From positions 96,250 to 160,249 of the forward strand of contig CAWEXP010000010.1 in NCBI GenBank assembly GCA_963813065.1: 64,000 bases of DNA. Reading direction: 5' to 3'. This document shows positions 10,362-19,602 of the stretch, piece after piece. How positions within the stretch are numbered: the stretch's first letter is position 1; each line of letters begins with the position of its first letter. The notes beneath the pieces are model-generated. The model did not search any database. It saw only the letters and a program-made list of their open reading frames with translations, and was not told the DNA's origin. The stretch comes from Candidatus Kaiserbacteria bacterium. Lineage in GTDB: Bacteria; Patescibacteriota; Minisyncoccia; Phycocordibacterales; Phycocordibacteraceae. A program made the position numbers and the translations under genes.

Positions 10362-10622
10362 ATGTTCTATCTATACGTACTCAAGAGCGATAAAGATCAA
10401 GAATTGTATATAGGTTCGACCAACAATCTCCGTCGCAGGATTAGCGAACATCAACAAGGTAAATCTTTTTCAACTTCCTTTCGAAGGCCTTTTGCTTTGG
10501 TGTATTACGAGGCGTATAGGAACGAGACAGACGCTCGTACGCGTGAGCACAGGTTGAAATTACGAGGACAAGCCCGACGCCAGCTATTGGCGCGCATTGA
10601 ATTGAGCATAGGAACTGAATAA
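10362..10622 (+). CDS. GIY-YIG nuclease family protein (small, 86 aa)
   Basis: YLYVLKSDKDQELYIGSTNNLRRRISEHQQG is a textbook GIY-YIG motif. Confidence 0.7.
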   Translation: MFYLYVLKSDKDQELYIGSTNNLRRRISEHQQGKSFSTSFRRPFALVYYEAYRNETDARTREHRLKLRGQARRQLLARIELSIGTE

Positions 10623-10629
10623 AGTTATC

Positions 10630-10763
10630 TCGCACACCCAACTGCGCATCGTGTCTTTTGCTTCCACGGAAGCGATGGAGAAATATTATTGTTATCGAAT
10701 TTATTGATTGTGGTAAAAATTTAGCGAAGACACACTAGAAGCAATGCGCAATTGGGTGTGCGA
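10630..10763. mobile_element. MITE-like element of about 134 bp with 20-bp terminal inverted repeats and a 6-bp GTTATC target-site duplication
   Basis: Left TIR TCGCACACCCAACTGCGCAT (10630-10649) versus reverse complement of the right TIR ATGCGCAATTGGGTGTGCGA (10744-10763) gives 19/20 matches. GTTATC lies directly outside both ends (10624-10629 and 10764-10769). Confidence 0.5.
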
Positions 10764-10894
10764 GTTATCCACACATCGAGAAATAATTCGCGCATATTTT
10801 TTTCGCGCGAGTGATAATACAGAGCAGAAACGTTTGCGTGATATTTTTTCTCGCAAACGGGTCGACTATACCAGCCATCATTCATACACAACAC

Positions 10895-10963
10895 CATGGC
10901 AAAGAAGGCAAAGAAGACGAAGAAAGTCGCAAAGAAGGTTGCAAAGAAGAAGTCTCGCCGCTA
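10895..10963 (+). CDS. Tiny lysine-rich ORF (MAKKAKKTKKVAKKVAKKKSRR, 22 aa); speculative
   Basis: ATG-initiated, very basic, and followed immediately by a strong hairpin terminator. No recognisable RBS. Confidence 0.2.
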
Positions 10964-10976
10964 GTTCGGCAAAGAC

Positions 10977-11006
10977 GCAAAACGCTCCCCTCCGGGAGCG
11001 TTTTGC
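10977..11006 (+). terminator. Rho-independent-type hairpin (13-bp perfect stem GCAAAACGCTCCC / GGGAGCGTTTTGC, 4-nt loop)
   Basis: Perfect inverted repeat read directly from the sequence, located just before the secA start. Confidence 0.45.
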
Positions 11007-11021
11007 GTTATAGTGCACACC

Positions 11022-13604
11022 ATGTTCAACCCGCTGTCCCGCTTCTTCTCTAAGAACCAATCCGCGGCCTTTCTGAAGGCTGCGGCCTCGGTCGTTTCTG
11101 CCGCAGGAGCACTCGAAGCCGAGCTGGAGAAGCTCTCGCAGGAAGACCTGCGGGCGAAGGTTGCCGAGCTGAAGGCGCGCGCAGGAAACGGCGTTCCCGA
11201 AGCCGATATTCCGCTTGTGTTTGCGCTCGTGCGTGAGGCGGCGCGCCGCACCCTCGCCCAGCGCCCTTTCGATGTTCAGCTCATCGGCGGTCTCGCGCTC
11301 GCGCGGGGCAAGATTGCCGAGATGCGTACGGGCGAGGGCAAAACCTTGGTTGCAACTCTGCCTGTCACCCTCGCTGCGCTTGCGGGGAAGGGGGTGCACA
11401 TCGTGACGGTGAATGATTATCTTGCGCGTCGTGACTCCGCATGGATGGGGCAGATCTATGACTATCTCGGGCTCTCGGTCGGCGTGATTACCTCGAGTGG
11501 TGCATATCGCTACGATGCCTCGCATGTCGAGAAGAAAGAAGATGCCGAGCGCGACGCCGCCGGGTCGTTCAAAGTTTTTTATGATTTTTTGCGTCCTTGC
11601 ACCAAGCGCGAAGCGTATGCGGCAGACCTCACCTACGCGACCAACAACGAGCTCGGGTTCGATTATCTGCGCGACAACACTGCCTACACCGCCGAACAGA
11701 TTTCTCAGCGTGGCCACGCCTATGCCATCGTCGACGAGATTGACTCAATCTTGATTGACGAAGCGCGCACCCCGCTCATCATCAGCGGACCGGCCGGCGA
11801 CTGGGGAATCTCTATCAGCAATTTGCGCAGATCGTACATGGTTTTAGTAAGGATGAGGATTATACGGTCGACGAGAAGCAAAAAGCCATCCAGATAACCG
11901 AAGCGGGGATGAAGAAAGCCGAACAGGCCCTCGGGATGGAAAATCTCTACACCGAAGGCGGTATCAAATATGCGCATCACCTCGAGACCGCGGTGCGCGC
12001 CGCGGCACTCTTCCACAAGGATAAAGAGTACGTCGTGAAGGATGGTGAGATTATGATTGTTGACGAATTCACGGGCCGTATGCAGCCCGGTCGCCGTTGG
12101 AGCGAAGGTTTGCACCAGGCGATTGAAGCAAAAGAAGGCGTATTGGTAAAAGAAGAGACACGCACCTATGCCTCGGTCACGTTCCAAAATTATTTCCGCA
12201 TGTACGAGAAGGTCGCGGGCATGACCGGTACCGCGCTCTCGAGCGAGGAAGAATTTTTCACCGTCTATGGGCTCGATGTGGTCGTCGTCCCGACGCACCG
12301 GCCCTCGGCGAGAAAAGACTTTGATGATCTCATCTTCCAGACTGCGGCCGGGAAGTATCGCGCAGTGGCCAAGCGGGTCAAACAATTCCACGAGAAGGGC
12401 CAGCCAGTGCTCATCGGCACGGTCTCGATCGAGGACAACGAGCTCGTGAGCCACTATCTCGATTCTGCGGGCGTCCCGCACGAGGTGTTGAACGCCAAGA
12501 ATCATGAACGCGAAGGCGAAATCATCGCCGAGGCAGGTGCGCCCGGGCCGCGTGACGGTCGCGACCAACCTCGCGGGCCGCGGTGTGGACATCAAGCTTG
12601 GTGGCGCTCTGGCAACTGTAGAGTCTCGCGCGCTCGTGGTGGAGAAAGGCGGCTTGGCGGTCATCGGCACCGAGCGGCACGACGCGCGCCGCATCGACAA
12701 CCAGCTCCGCGGACGTTCCGGCCGCCAGGGCGACCCGGGCGAGACGCGGTTCTTCGTCTCGCTCGAGGACAAACTCATGCGCGTCTTCGCGAGCGAGACG
12801 CTGAAGCGCGTGATGGGCGGCTTCGGCCTCCCCGAGGACGAGCCGATTGAGAGTGGGATGATTACTAAGTCGCTTGAGAGCGCGCAGGAGCGTATCGAGG
12901 GATTCAACTTCGATTCGCGCAAGCAGGTGCTCGCCTACGACGACGTGATGAACACCCAGCGTCTCTCCATCTACGCGCGCCGTCGCCGCGCCCTGCTCGG
13001 CACAAACGAGGAGGTTGTCGAGGAGGCGCGCACACTGCTTCGTGGCGAAAATACGGAAGTCAGACTTCCGTACCAGGTAGGGAAGTCTGACTTCCGTACT
13101 ATACTGGAGGCCAAGCAGGCAGAACTCGGCGAGCAGTTCATACCGTTGCTGCGCCGCCTCATCTTGCAGGTCATAGACACCTTCTGGCTTGAGCATCTCG
13201 ACACGATGGAGTACTTGCGCCGCTCCGTGTCGCTGCGCGCCTACGGCCAGCGCGATCCGCTTATCGAGTATCGCCGCGAGGGCTTGCAGCGCTTCCGCGC
13301 GATGGAGGAGGGCATCGCGCGCATGTTTGGCGAGACACTCCCCAATCTCACCCTCGCGCAGGACGCGGCCATCAAGCAGGAGGAGGCGCGGCTACGCGCG
13401 CAGCTCGAGAAGGCGGGCAGCGCATCGTTGTCCCCGGCGGGGGGCAAGGAGAGTGCCGTTGGCGCTGCGCATGCGCCCATCGTCAACGCGACCGGCCACG
13501 GCAGGAACGATGTGGTCACGGTCAAGAAGGGCACCGAGACGCAAACTATTAAATATAAAAAGGCCGAGGCCCTCCTCGCCGAGGGCTGGGAATTGATGCC
13601 ATAA
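11022..13604 (+). CDS. secA: Preprotein translocase ATPase SecA, interrupted by two single-base frame shifts (near 11797 and near 12545). The middle 0.75 kb is in another frame and the two shifts compensate.
   Basis: The three listed ORFs (11013-11897, 11909-12850, 12504-13604) together carry contiguous SecA motifs: [39 protein letters not shown] | LGNLYQQ...[44 protein letters not shown] | [45 protein letters not shown]. Both junctions sit in G/C homopolymer-like runs. Confidence 0.85.
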
Positions 13605-13640
13605 GCACGAAATTCGAAGCTCGAAATACGAAACAAATAA
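13604..13640. repeat. Left arm of the inverted repeat flanking the four-helix-bundle gene (AAGCACGAAATTCGAAGCTCGAAATACGAAACAAAT)
   Basis: Its reverse complement recurs downstream at 14013-14072 (AAGCACGAAATCCGAAAATCGAAACAAAT...). Confidence 0.45.
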
Positions 13641-13643
13641 AAA

Positions 13644-14012
13644 ATGACAGAAACGAAAAAAGCAGCCCGATACGACTTAGAAGAGCGTACATTTACATTC
13701 GCGAAAGACGTACGGTTGTTCGTGCGTACGATACCTCGTTCTGTAGCAAATCAGGAAGATACCAGTCAACTCGTTCGCTCTTCTGGCTCGGTCGGTGCAA
13801 ACTACATAGAGGCGAACGAGGCTCTGAGCAAGAAGGACTTTCTCATGCGGATAAAAATTGCACGGAAGGAGGCCAAGGAGTCTGCATTTTGGCTCAAATT
13901 GATTGACGCGGGCAGTGTTCCTGCAGTGGAGGAGAGACGGAAGTTGCTCCAACGTGAGGCAGATGAGCTTATGTTTATTTTGAGTGCCATTATGCGTAAG
14001 AGCATGGGTTAG
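13644..14012 (+). CDS. Four-helix-bundle protein (TIGR02436; 23S rRNA intervening-sequence protein family)
   Basis: YDLEERTFTFAKDVRLFVRTIP...QLVRSSGSVGANYIEANEALSKKDFLMRIKIARKEAKESAFWLKL is the family signature. Confidence 0.75.
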   Translation: MTETKKAARYDLEERTFTFAKDVRLFVRTIPRSVANQEDTSQLVRSSGSVGANYIEANEALSKKDFLMRIKIARKEAKESAFWLKLIDAGSVPAVEERRKLLQREADELMFILSAIMRKSMG

Positions 14013-14072
14013 TTTCTGTTTTTCGTGCTTCGGATTTGTTTCGATTTTCGGATTTCGTGCTTCGGATTTTTT
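14013..14072. repeat. Right arm of the inverted repeat flanking the four-helix-bundle gene; contains a tandem TTCGTGCTTCGGATTT x2
   Basis: See the left arm at 13604-13640. Confidence 0.45.
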
Positions 14073-14151
14073 AATGCTAGGCCATGTAATTGTCCCCTCC
14101 CTTGTTTCTGGCGGGCCTTGTGCTCCGTTTGGATGCGGTATCATATGCTCC

Positions 14152-14826
14152 ATGAAGAAAATATTCTGGATATCAGGCTTGCTCGCGGCTGCGTCGCTTA
14201 TCGTTGTCATTTCTCCATTCTCGATGAGCGCGCCGGAGACGCGAGCGGCGACCGTTATCTCGACCGGTGGCCTCAAGAGCGCCGTCGTGAGCCTCGCGAG
14301 CTTCTTCAAGAACCAGAAGTACGAGTACGTGGACGATGCGACCACTACCACCGCCCGCTACAATGGTGCGAATAGTACCTGGATTACCGCCTCCGGCTCT
14401 CCCTTCTCCACTACGGGGACGATACTCGTGAGCGGCGCGGTCAAGGTGGACCTCGCGACGGGCTTGTGGTGGAGTGACAGGACCTCCTCCACTACGGATA
14501 ATCAATTCACCGAGGTATTCACGGGCGGCAAAGCCACCGGCATAACGGGCGGCAACTCCCTCGCGGTCTGCGCTGCCTTGAACGCTGCAAATGGCGGTGC
14601 TGGATTCGCCGGCCACAACGACTGGTACCTGCCATCGCAGAAGCAGCTCATGCAGGCATATATAGACGGATCAAATAACAACCTGCCTAATCCCGGCAAC
14701 AACTTCTGGTCGTCTACGGAGTACTACGGTACTCCGGCTAGCGCCTGGGGCGTGTACTTGAACAGCGGCTACACGGGCAGCAACGCTAAGGTGACGCTCG
14801 GCTATGTTCGTTGCGTTCGTCCCTGA
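14152..14826 (+). CDS. Secreted DUF1566 (Lcl C-terminal domain) protein. The true start is probably Met 57 of the listed ORF (MKKIFWISGLLAAAS...).
   Basis: Signal peptide; motifs GLWWSD, NDWYLPSQKQLMQAY, FWSSTEY, AWGVYLNSGY, VRCVR are characteristic of DUF1566. Confidence 0.5.
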   Translation: MKKIFWISGLLAAASLIVVISPFSMSAPETRAATVISTGGLKSAVVSLASFFKNQKYEYVDDATTTTARYNGANSTWITASGSPFSTTGTILVSGAVKVDLATGLWWSDRTSSTTDNQFTEVFTGGKATGITGGNSLAVCAALNAANGGAGFAGHNDWYLPSQKQLMQAYIDGSNNNLPNPGNNFWSSTEYYGTPASAWGVYLNSGYTGSNAKVTLGYVRCVRP

Positions 14827-14930
14827 GGCAAGGTTATTTGAATTATTTGCATTTTTGGATGATTTAATCCGTAAAAAGGCAGAATTACTTCTTGCAGAGG
14901 GTTGGGAGCTTATCTAAGCAAAAACCATAT

Positions 14931-15599
14931 ATGAAAAATGTCGTCATCACCGGAGTGGGGCGGGGGATTGGCAAAGCGTTGGCAGAGAAATTTTTGGCTG
15001 AAGGATTCCACGTGTTTGGGACGAGCATGACCGGCACCGCCGACTACACGCACCCCGAGCTCACGCTCTTCAAGCTCGACCTGCGCTCGTCTGCGAGTAT
15101 TGCCGAGGCGGCGATGGCTATTATCGCTGTGGCTCAGCCCGTCGACATCTTGATCAATAACGCTGGCGTCCTGCTCGATGAAGCGGAGACGAGTCTCAAG
15201 CCCGAGCTCCTGCGCGACACGCTTGCGGTCAATCTTATTGGTACCGCGAATTTCACCGAGCTCTTGAAGGGAGCGGTGGCGGCGGGCGGACATATCATCA
15301 ATATCTCTTCGAGCGCCGGTTCGCTCGAGTTGGTAGGGATGGAGAGTCACGAGCCCGGCCACTATCCTGCGTACAAAATCTCGAAGGCTGCGCTCAATAT
15401 GTATACGCGCACCCTCGCCGCAGAGCTTGTTGGGAAGGCGATTGTCTCGTCGGTGCACCCGGGTTGGGTGCAGACCTCGATGGGCGGGGCAGAGGCCGAG
15501 AGCACCCCAGCCGAAGCCGCCGAAGGCATTTTCAATTTTTCAATTTCCAATCCGGCAACGGGGCGGTTCTGGTTCCGTAGCGAAGAAATCCCATGGTAA
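14931..15599 (+). CDS. Short-chain dehydrogenase/reductase (SDR). The true start is likely MKNVVITGVGRGIGK at 14931.
   Basis: TGxxxGIG Rossmann motif, NNAG motif, and YxxxK catalytic pair (YPAYKISKAAL). Confidence 0.7.
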   Translation: MKNVVITGVGRGIGKALAEKFLAEGFHVFGTSMTGTADYTHPELTLFKLDLRSSASIAEAAMAIIAVAQPVDILINNAGVLLDEAETSLKPELLRDTLAVNLIGTANFTELLKGAVAAGGHIINISSSAGSLELVGMESHEPGHYPAYKISKAALNMYTRTLAAELVGKAIVSSVHPGWVQTSMGGAEAESTPAEAAEGIFNFSISNPATGRFWFRSEEIPW

Positions 15600-15600
15600 A

Positions 15601-16326
15601 AAACTAGGACACGGCGTGTCCTAAATTTAGAGTTCGATGCTTTTGCTCTCGCTGGCGATAATTGGATCCGAAATAATGGAGCGTATTTCTTTCTGTTGTT
15701 CTTGGGTCGTGCCAAGAACTGGGCGTAATTCACTCATCTGCAAAATGGAGGGAAAATTCTTAGACTCATTGTAGTCGAGATAACTACTCCAGCGATAGGC
15801 ATGCAATTCGTCGAGTGCATCTTTTGCATGGCGAACACCTCCCTGTCGCCATTCAGGATGGCTCAAATCAAGGGGATTAAGATGAATATAGTAAGGAACA
15901 TACATAAAATGTGCATCACGAGTGACGAGAACCTTTCTGAAAGTTCCTTGCCAGAGAACGCCAGAGCGTTGATATTTTTCATTTACATATTTCGCGTAGC
16001 CCATATTCAGTTTCCGCATGAATAAAGAGAGCGAGCCTTCTTTTGTGGGGGAGACGAGCAAGTGGTAGTGGTTTGGCATGAGTGCGTACGCATGAATGTG
16101 CACAAGGAGATCCCGTTTATGCGGTGCCTCACGTGCTTTCAGTATATAGTTTGGCGCCGAGCAAGTATCATTGAATATGTACATATCATGGATAAAACGA
16201 AGATAGTCTCCGTCTTCCATAAAGACTTTTCGTTTATCGACACCCCGATTTACCAAGTGATAAAACTCCATCGAATGTCATATTAGCAAGCCGTTTCAAA
16301 CTAGGACACGGCGTGTCCTAAATAAG
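15601..16326 (-). mobile_element. REPtron 1: RayT/IS200-type Y1 transposase gene flanked by identical about 27-bp direct copies of palindrome REP1 (TAGGACACGGCGTGTCCTA)
   Basis: REP1 lies at 15605-15623 (immediately 3' of the stop) and at 16302-16320 (5' of the start). The extended identical flanks are AAACTAGGACACGGCGTGTCCTAAAT. Confidence 0.65.
15627..16271 (-). CDS. REP-associated tyrosine transposase (RayT/IS200-like, Y1 HUH) copy 1
   Basis: HUH motif NHYHLLV, and Y-motif HAYRWSSY. N-terminus MEFYHLVNRGVDKR is typical of Y1_Tnp. Confidence 0.75.
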   Translation of the reverse strand: MEFYHLVNRGVDKRKVFMEDGDYLRFIHDMYIFNDTCSAPNYILKAREAPHKRDLLVHIHAYALMPNHYHLLVSPTKEGSLSLFMRKLNMGYAKYVNEKYQRSGVLWQGTFRKVLVTRDAHFMYVPYYIHLNPLDLSHPEWRQGGVRHAKDALDELHAYRWSSYLDYNESKNFPSILQMSELRPVLGTTQEQQKEIRSIISDPIIASESKSIEL

Positions 16327-16389
16327 AGTGGATAAGTTGAGTCATAAATTTCTGACACGAAATCTGAAAATGTGCTAGGGTGAGGTTCT

Positions 16390-17370
16390 ATGGCATTTGT
16401 TGATGAGGTACGGATACACGCAAGCGCCGGCAAGGGCGGCGACGGCGTCATTCGCTGGTTGCGCAATAAAGAGACCGCACGCGGCGGGCCCAGCGGTGGC
16501 GACGGCGGCAGAGGCGGCGATGTGATCGCGATCGGTGTTCGCGATCTCGCAGTACTTTCGAATTACCGGTACGAAAAAGAGTTTCGCGCCGAGAATGGTG
16601 AAGATGGCGCCGGACAATTGAAGCACGGCAAGAATGGCTCCTCGGTTATTTTGAAAGTTCCGGTTGGTACCGTTGCCAGAATTATTGAGACGGGAGCAAC
16701 GTACGAGATAACCAACGAAGGTGAGGAGGTCGTCATCTTCAAGGGCGGCTCGGGAGGGAAGGGGAATGCCCGATTCAAGGGTGCGACGAATCAGAACCCG
16801 TTCCAGCAAACGATGGGCAAGCCAGCCCAGGGTGGGGATATCGATCTGACGCTCAAGATCATCGCGGACGCCGGTCTCGTCGGCCTGCCCAACGCGGGCA
16901 AGTCCTCCCTCCTCAACGCGCTAACCCGTGCCAAGAGCAAGGTCGGTGCCTACGCCTTCACCACCCTCGAGCCGAACCTCGGCGACTTCTTCGGGTTCAT
17001 TCTTGCGGACATTCCGGGCCTCATCGAGGGTGCCTCGTCCGGCCGAGGGCTCGGCACAAAATTTCTTAAGCACGTAGAAAGAACAGGAATCCTCTTACAT
17101 CTCGTCTCGGCTACCCAAGATGACCCTGTCGCGGCGTATAGGGAGGTGGAGAAAGAGCTCTCGGCCTTCGGTCATGGCCTGGAGGCGAAGAGGGAAGTTA
17201 TTATCCTCTCAAAAACTGACCTCATTAGTCCTGCCGAGCGAGAAACCAAGCTCGAACTGCTGGCCCGCGAGACCGGTCGGGAGGTGGTGGGCGTCTCAAC
17301 CCTGGACCCCGACTCCCTTAAGGATTTTTCGGACTATCTCGCCAAGCTCTTCCGTACCAAACCCGCTTAG
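16390..17370 (+). CDS. obg: GTPase Obg/CgtA
   Basis: Obg-fold glycine-rich N-terminus (GGDGGRGGDV), then G1 GLPNAGKSSLLNA, DIPGLIEGA, and the C-terminal domain. Confidence 0.9.
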   Translation: MAFVDEVRIHASAGKGGDGVIRWLRNKETARGGPSGGDGGRGGDVIAIGVRDLAVLSNYRYEKEFRAENGEDGAGQLKHGKNGSSVILKVPVGTVARIIETGATYEITNEGEEVVIFKGGSGGKGNARFKGATNQNPFQQTMGKPAQGGDIDLTLKIIADAGLVGLPNAGKSSLLNALTRAKSKVGAYAFTTLEPNLGDFFGFILADIPGLIEGASSGRGLGTKFLKHVERTGILLHLVSATQDDPVAAYREVEKELSAFGHGLEAKREVIILSKTDLISPAERETKLELLARETGREVVGVSTLDPDSLKDFSDYLAKLFRTKPA

Positions 17371-17385
17371 TGCTAGGATGGCCGC

Positions 17386-18801
17386 ATGGAGTTCCGCCCA
17401 ACTATCGGCCTCGAGATTCACGCCGAATTAGCCACCGCAACCAAGATGTTTTGTTCGTGCGAGAACAATCCGGACGAGGCTCGTCCGAATGTGAACGTGT
17501 GCCCGATCTGCCTCGCGCATCCCGGCACTTTGCCCGTTATCAATCGCGAGGCCGTGCGCCAGGTGCTCCGCGTCGGCACCGCGCTCGGCTCGCGGCTCGC
17601 GGACTATAGCGAGTTCGACCGCAAGAGTTATTTCTATCCGGACATCCCGAAGGGGTATCAGATTAGTCAGTACGAACACCCACTCGTTGCAGGTGGCTTG
17701 CTCGCCGGCGTCGCGATAACGCGCGTGCATCTCGAAGAAGATACTGCACGCTCAACGCACGCAAAAAATAAATCACTCATCGATTTCAATCGTGCAGGCG
17801 TGCCGCTCATGGAGCTCGTCACCGAGCCAGTCATCCACGATGCCGAGACGGCGGGGAAGTTCGCGCGCGAACTCCAGTTACTTCTGCGTACCCTCGGCGC
17901 TTCCGAGGCGAATCTCGAGAAGGGAGAGATGCGTATCGAAGCGAATGTCTCCATCTCTGCGGAAGAAGGGAAGTTCGGTACCAAGACCGAGGTGAAGAAT
18001 CTTAACTCGTTCCGTTCAGTCGAGCGCGCCATCGCGCACGAGATCGAGCGACAGACCAAAGCACTGCTCGCCGGAGAGAAACTTATTCAAGAAACACGCG
18101 GCTGGGACGAGTCTAAGCAGACGACCTTCCATCAACGCTTTAAGGAGGGGAGCGCAGACTACCGCTATTTCCCGGAGCCCGATCTCCCCTCGCTTCGCCT
18201 CTCTGAGGTGCCAGAATTTTCGACAGAGGTTCTGCGCGCAACACTTCCAGAATTGCCTTGGATTCGCCGCGCACGCTACGAAGCACTCGGCGTCAAGAAA
18301 GAATATGTCGACGTCCTGGTCAGCGATGATTTTTTACAAGCGCTCTTCGAAGGTGTGGTGAAGCGAAGTGAAGAATCTGATTCGAAGATTATTGCGCTCG
18401 CGGTAAATTACCTCATGTCAGACGTGGTCAGTTTGATGCCGGGCTCTGCACGCGAGGCGAGCGAAGATTTTATTGATGCGTTTTTCACGTTGATGCGCAT
18501 GGTGGAGAAGGGCACCGTCTCTTCACGCGGTGCCAAGGATATACTCGGTGAGCTGTATCGGAATGGCGGTGAGCCCACTACAATCGCAGAGGAACTCGGG
18601 CTTGTGCAGGTGCACGATGAGGGGGCACTCAAGATAGCGGTGGCAGACGTCATTGCGGCCAATTCCGGGCCAGTTGCGGACTATCGAGCAGGGAAGGAGG
18701 CGGCGCTTCAGTTCCTTGTTGGGGCCGCCATGAAGAAGACAAAAGGCGCTGGTAACCCAGGCAAGTTACGGGAGATCTTCGTCGCCGAGCTGAATAACTA
18801 G
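17386..18801 (+). CDS. gatB: Asp-tRNA(Asn)/Glu-tRNA(Gln) amidotransferase subunit B
   Basis: PTIGLEIHAELATATKMFCSCEN...CPICLAHPGTLPV, then the GatB/YqeY C-terminal region. Confidence 0.9.
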   Translation: MEFRPTIGLEIHAELATATKMFCSCENNPDEARPNVNVCPICLAHPGTLPVINREAVRQVLRVGTALGSRLADYSEFDRKSYFYPDIPKGYQISQYEHPLVAGGLLAGVAITRVHLEEDTARSTHAKNKSLIDFNRAGVPLMELVTEPVIHDAETAGKFARELQLLLRTLGASEANLEKGEMRIEANVSISAEEGKFGTKTEVKNLNSFRSVERAIAHEIERQTKALLAGEKLIQETRGWDESKQTTFHQRFKEGSADYRYFPEPDLPSLRLSEVPEFSTEVLRATLPELPWIRRARYEALGVKKEYVDVLVSDDFLQALFEGVVKRSEESDSKIIALAVNYLMSDVVSLMPGSAREASEDFIDAFFTLMRMVEKGTVSSRGAKDILGELYRNGGEPTTIAEELGLVQVHDEGALKIAVADVIAANSGPVADYRAGKEAALQFLVGAAMKKTKGAGNPGKLREIFVAELNN

Positions 18802-18861
18802 ATTTTTGGGCTATACACAGTACCTCTCGCATCCGAGCCGAGAAAGCCTTATACTGAAAGC

Positions 18862-19602
18862 ATGAATGAGATAACTATTGAGGACAAGAAATATGTCTCG
18901 TCCAAAAAAGCCGCAGAGATGACGGGCTATGCAAAGGATTACGTCGGCCAGCTCTGTCGCGAAGGGCGTGTTCCGGCTCGCCTTATCGGTCGGAACTGGT
19001 ACGTACTTGAGTCCGCGATAGAGGATCATCGCTTCGGACCCGAAGAAAAGGCTTCAAAAACCAAGGAATCAAAGGTTGAGACAGCTGGCGCTACTACTGA
19101 TACCTGGCCGATCTCGCATTACGAGTCTGCAGAATTGGCTCACATCCCAAGCATTAACCGCCTCGCTATGCCGTCTCAAAAAAAAGAAAGCGTATACGAG
19201 CAACCAAAGCCCGTAGAAGAGATGGGAAGTGTCTGGAAGGAGTGGTTCGTGCAGGCATCGGGAGCCTCAGAAGCCGCACAAGAGCAAATAGAGGTCGTAG
19301 AGAGCGAGCCGGAACAACCAGAAGTAGTCACAGAAGAGGAGATAGAGAGCGAAAGCGTCGAGGTCAATGTTCCCCTACGCACTGTCCAGCACGCCCCTGC
19401 GGCTCCCAGTGAGGAGATAGAGGATGAAGAAGAGGAAGTAGTGGCTCCGCCGAGATCTATGTTCATACCGAAGCTTGTTGCAACCGCACTCGCCATCATT
19501 TTTTTGGTTCTGTTCGCCGCAAACAGTGGCTATCTAGATACTTTCATAGGCTCGAGTCAACAAGCTTCCATATTCACTGGCATCTCTACCTATAGTAAAT
19601 AG
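18862..19602 (+). CDS. Membrane-anchored protein with an N-terminal excisionase/MerR-like HTH (HTH_17), acidic linker and C-terminal TM helix. Paralogous to the N-terminus of the giant protein at 20213.
   Basis: KKYVSSKKAAEMTGYAKDYVGQLCREGRVPARLIGRNWYVLESAIEDH parallels ITTKEAHDISGYSPDYLGRLARSKKVVAKRIGRAWLIERSSLEHF of the next gene. Glu-rich linker, then TM IPKLVATALAIIFLVLFAA. Confidence 0.5.
   Translation: MNEITIEDKKYVSSKKAAEMTGYAKDYVGQLCREGRVPARLIGRNWYVLESAIEDHRFGPEEKASKTKESKVETAGATTDTWPISHYESAELAHIPSINRLAMPSQKKESVYEQPKPVEEMGSVWKEWFVQASGASEAAQEQIEVVESEPEQPEVVTEEEIESESVEVNVPLRTVQHAPAAPSEEIEDEEEEVVAPPRSMFIPKLVATALAIIFLVLFAANSGYLDTFIGSSQQASIFTGISTYSK

Noticed and set aside
13677-14351. 224-aa minus-strand ORF spanning the four-helix-bundle and DUF1566 genes
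   Set aside because: It overlaps two plus-strand genes with clear family signatures and has no motifs of its own.
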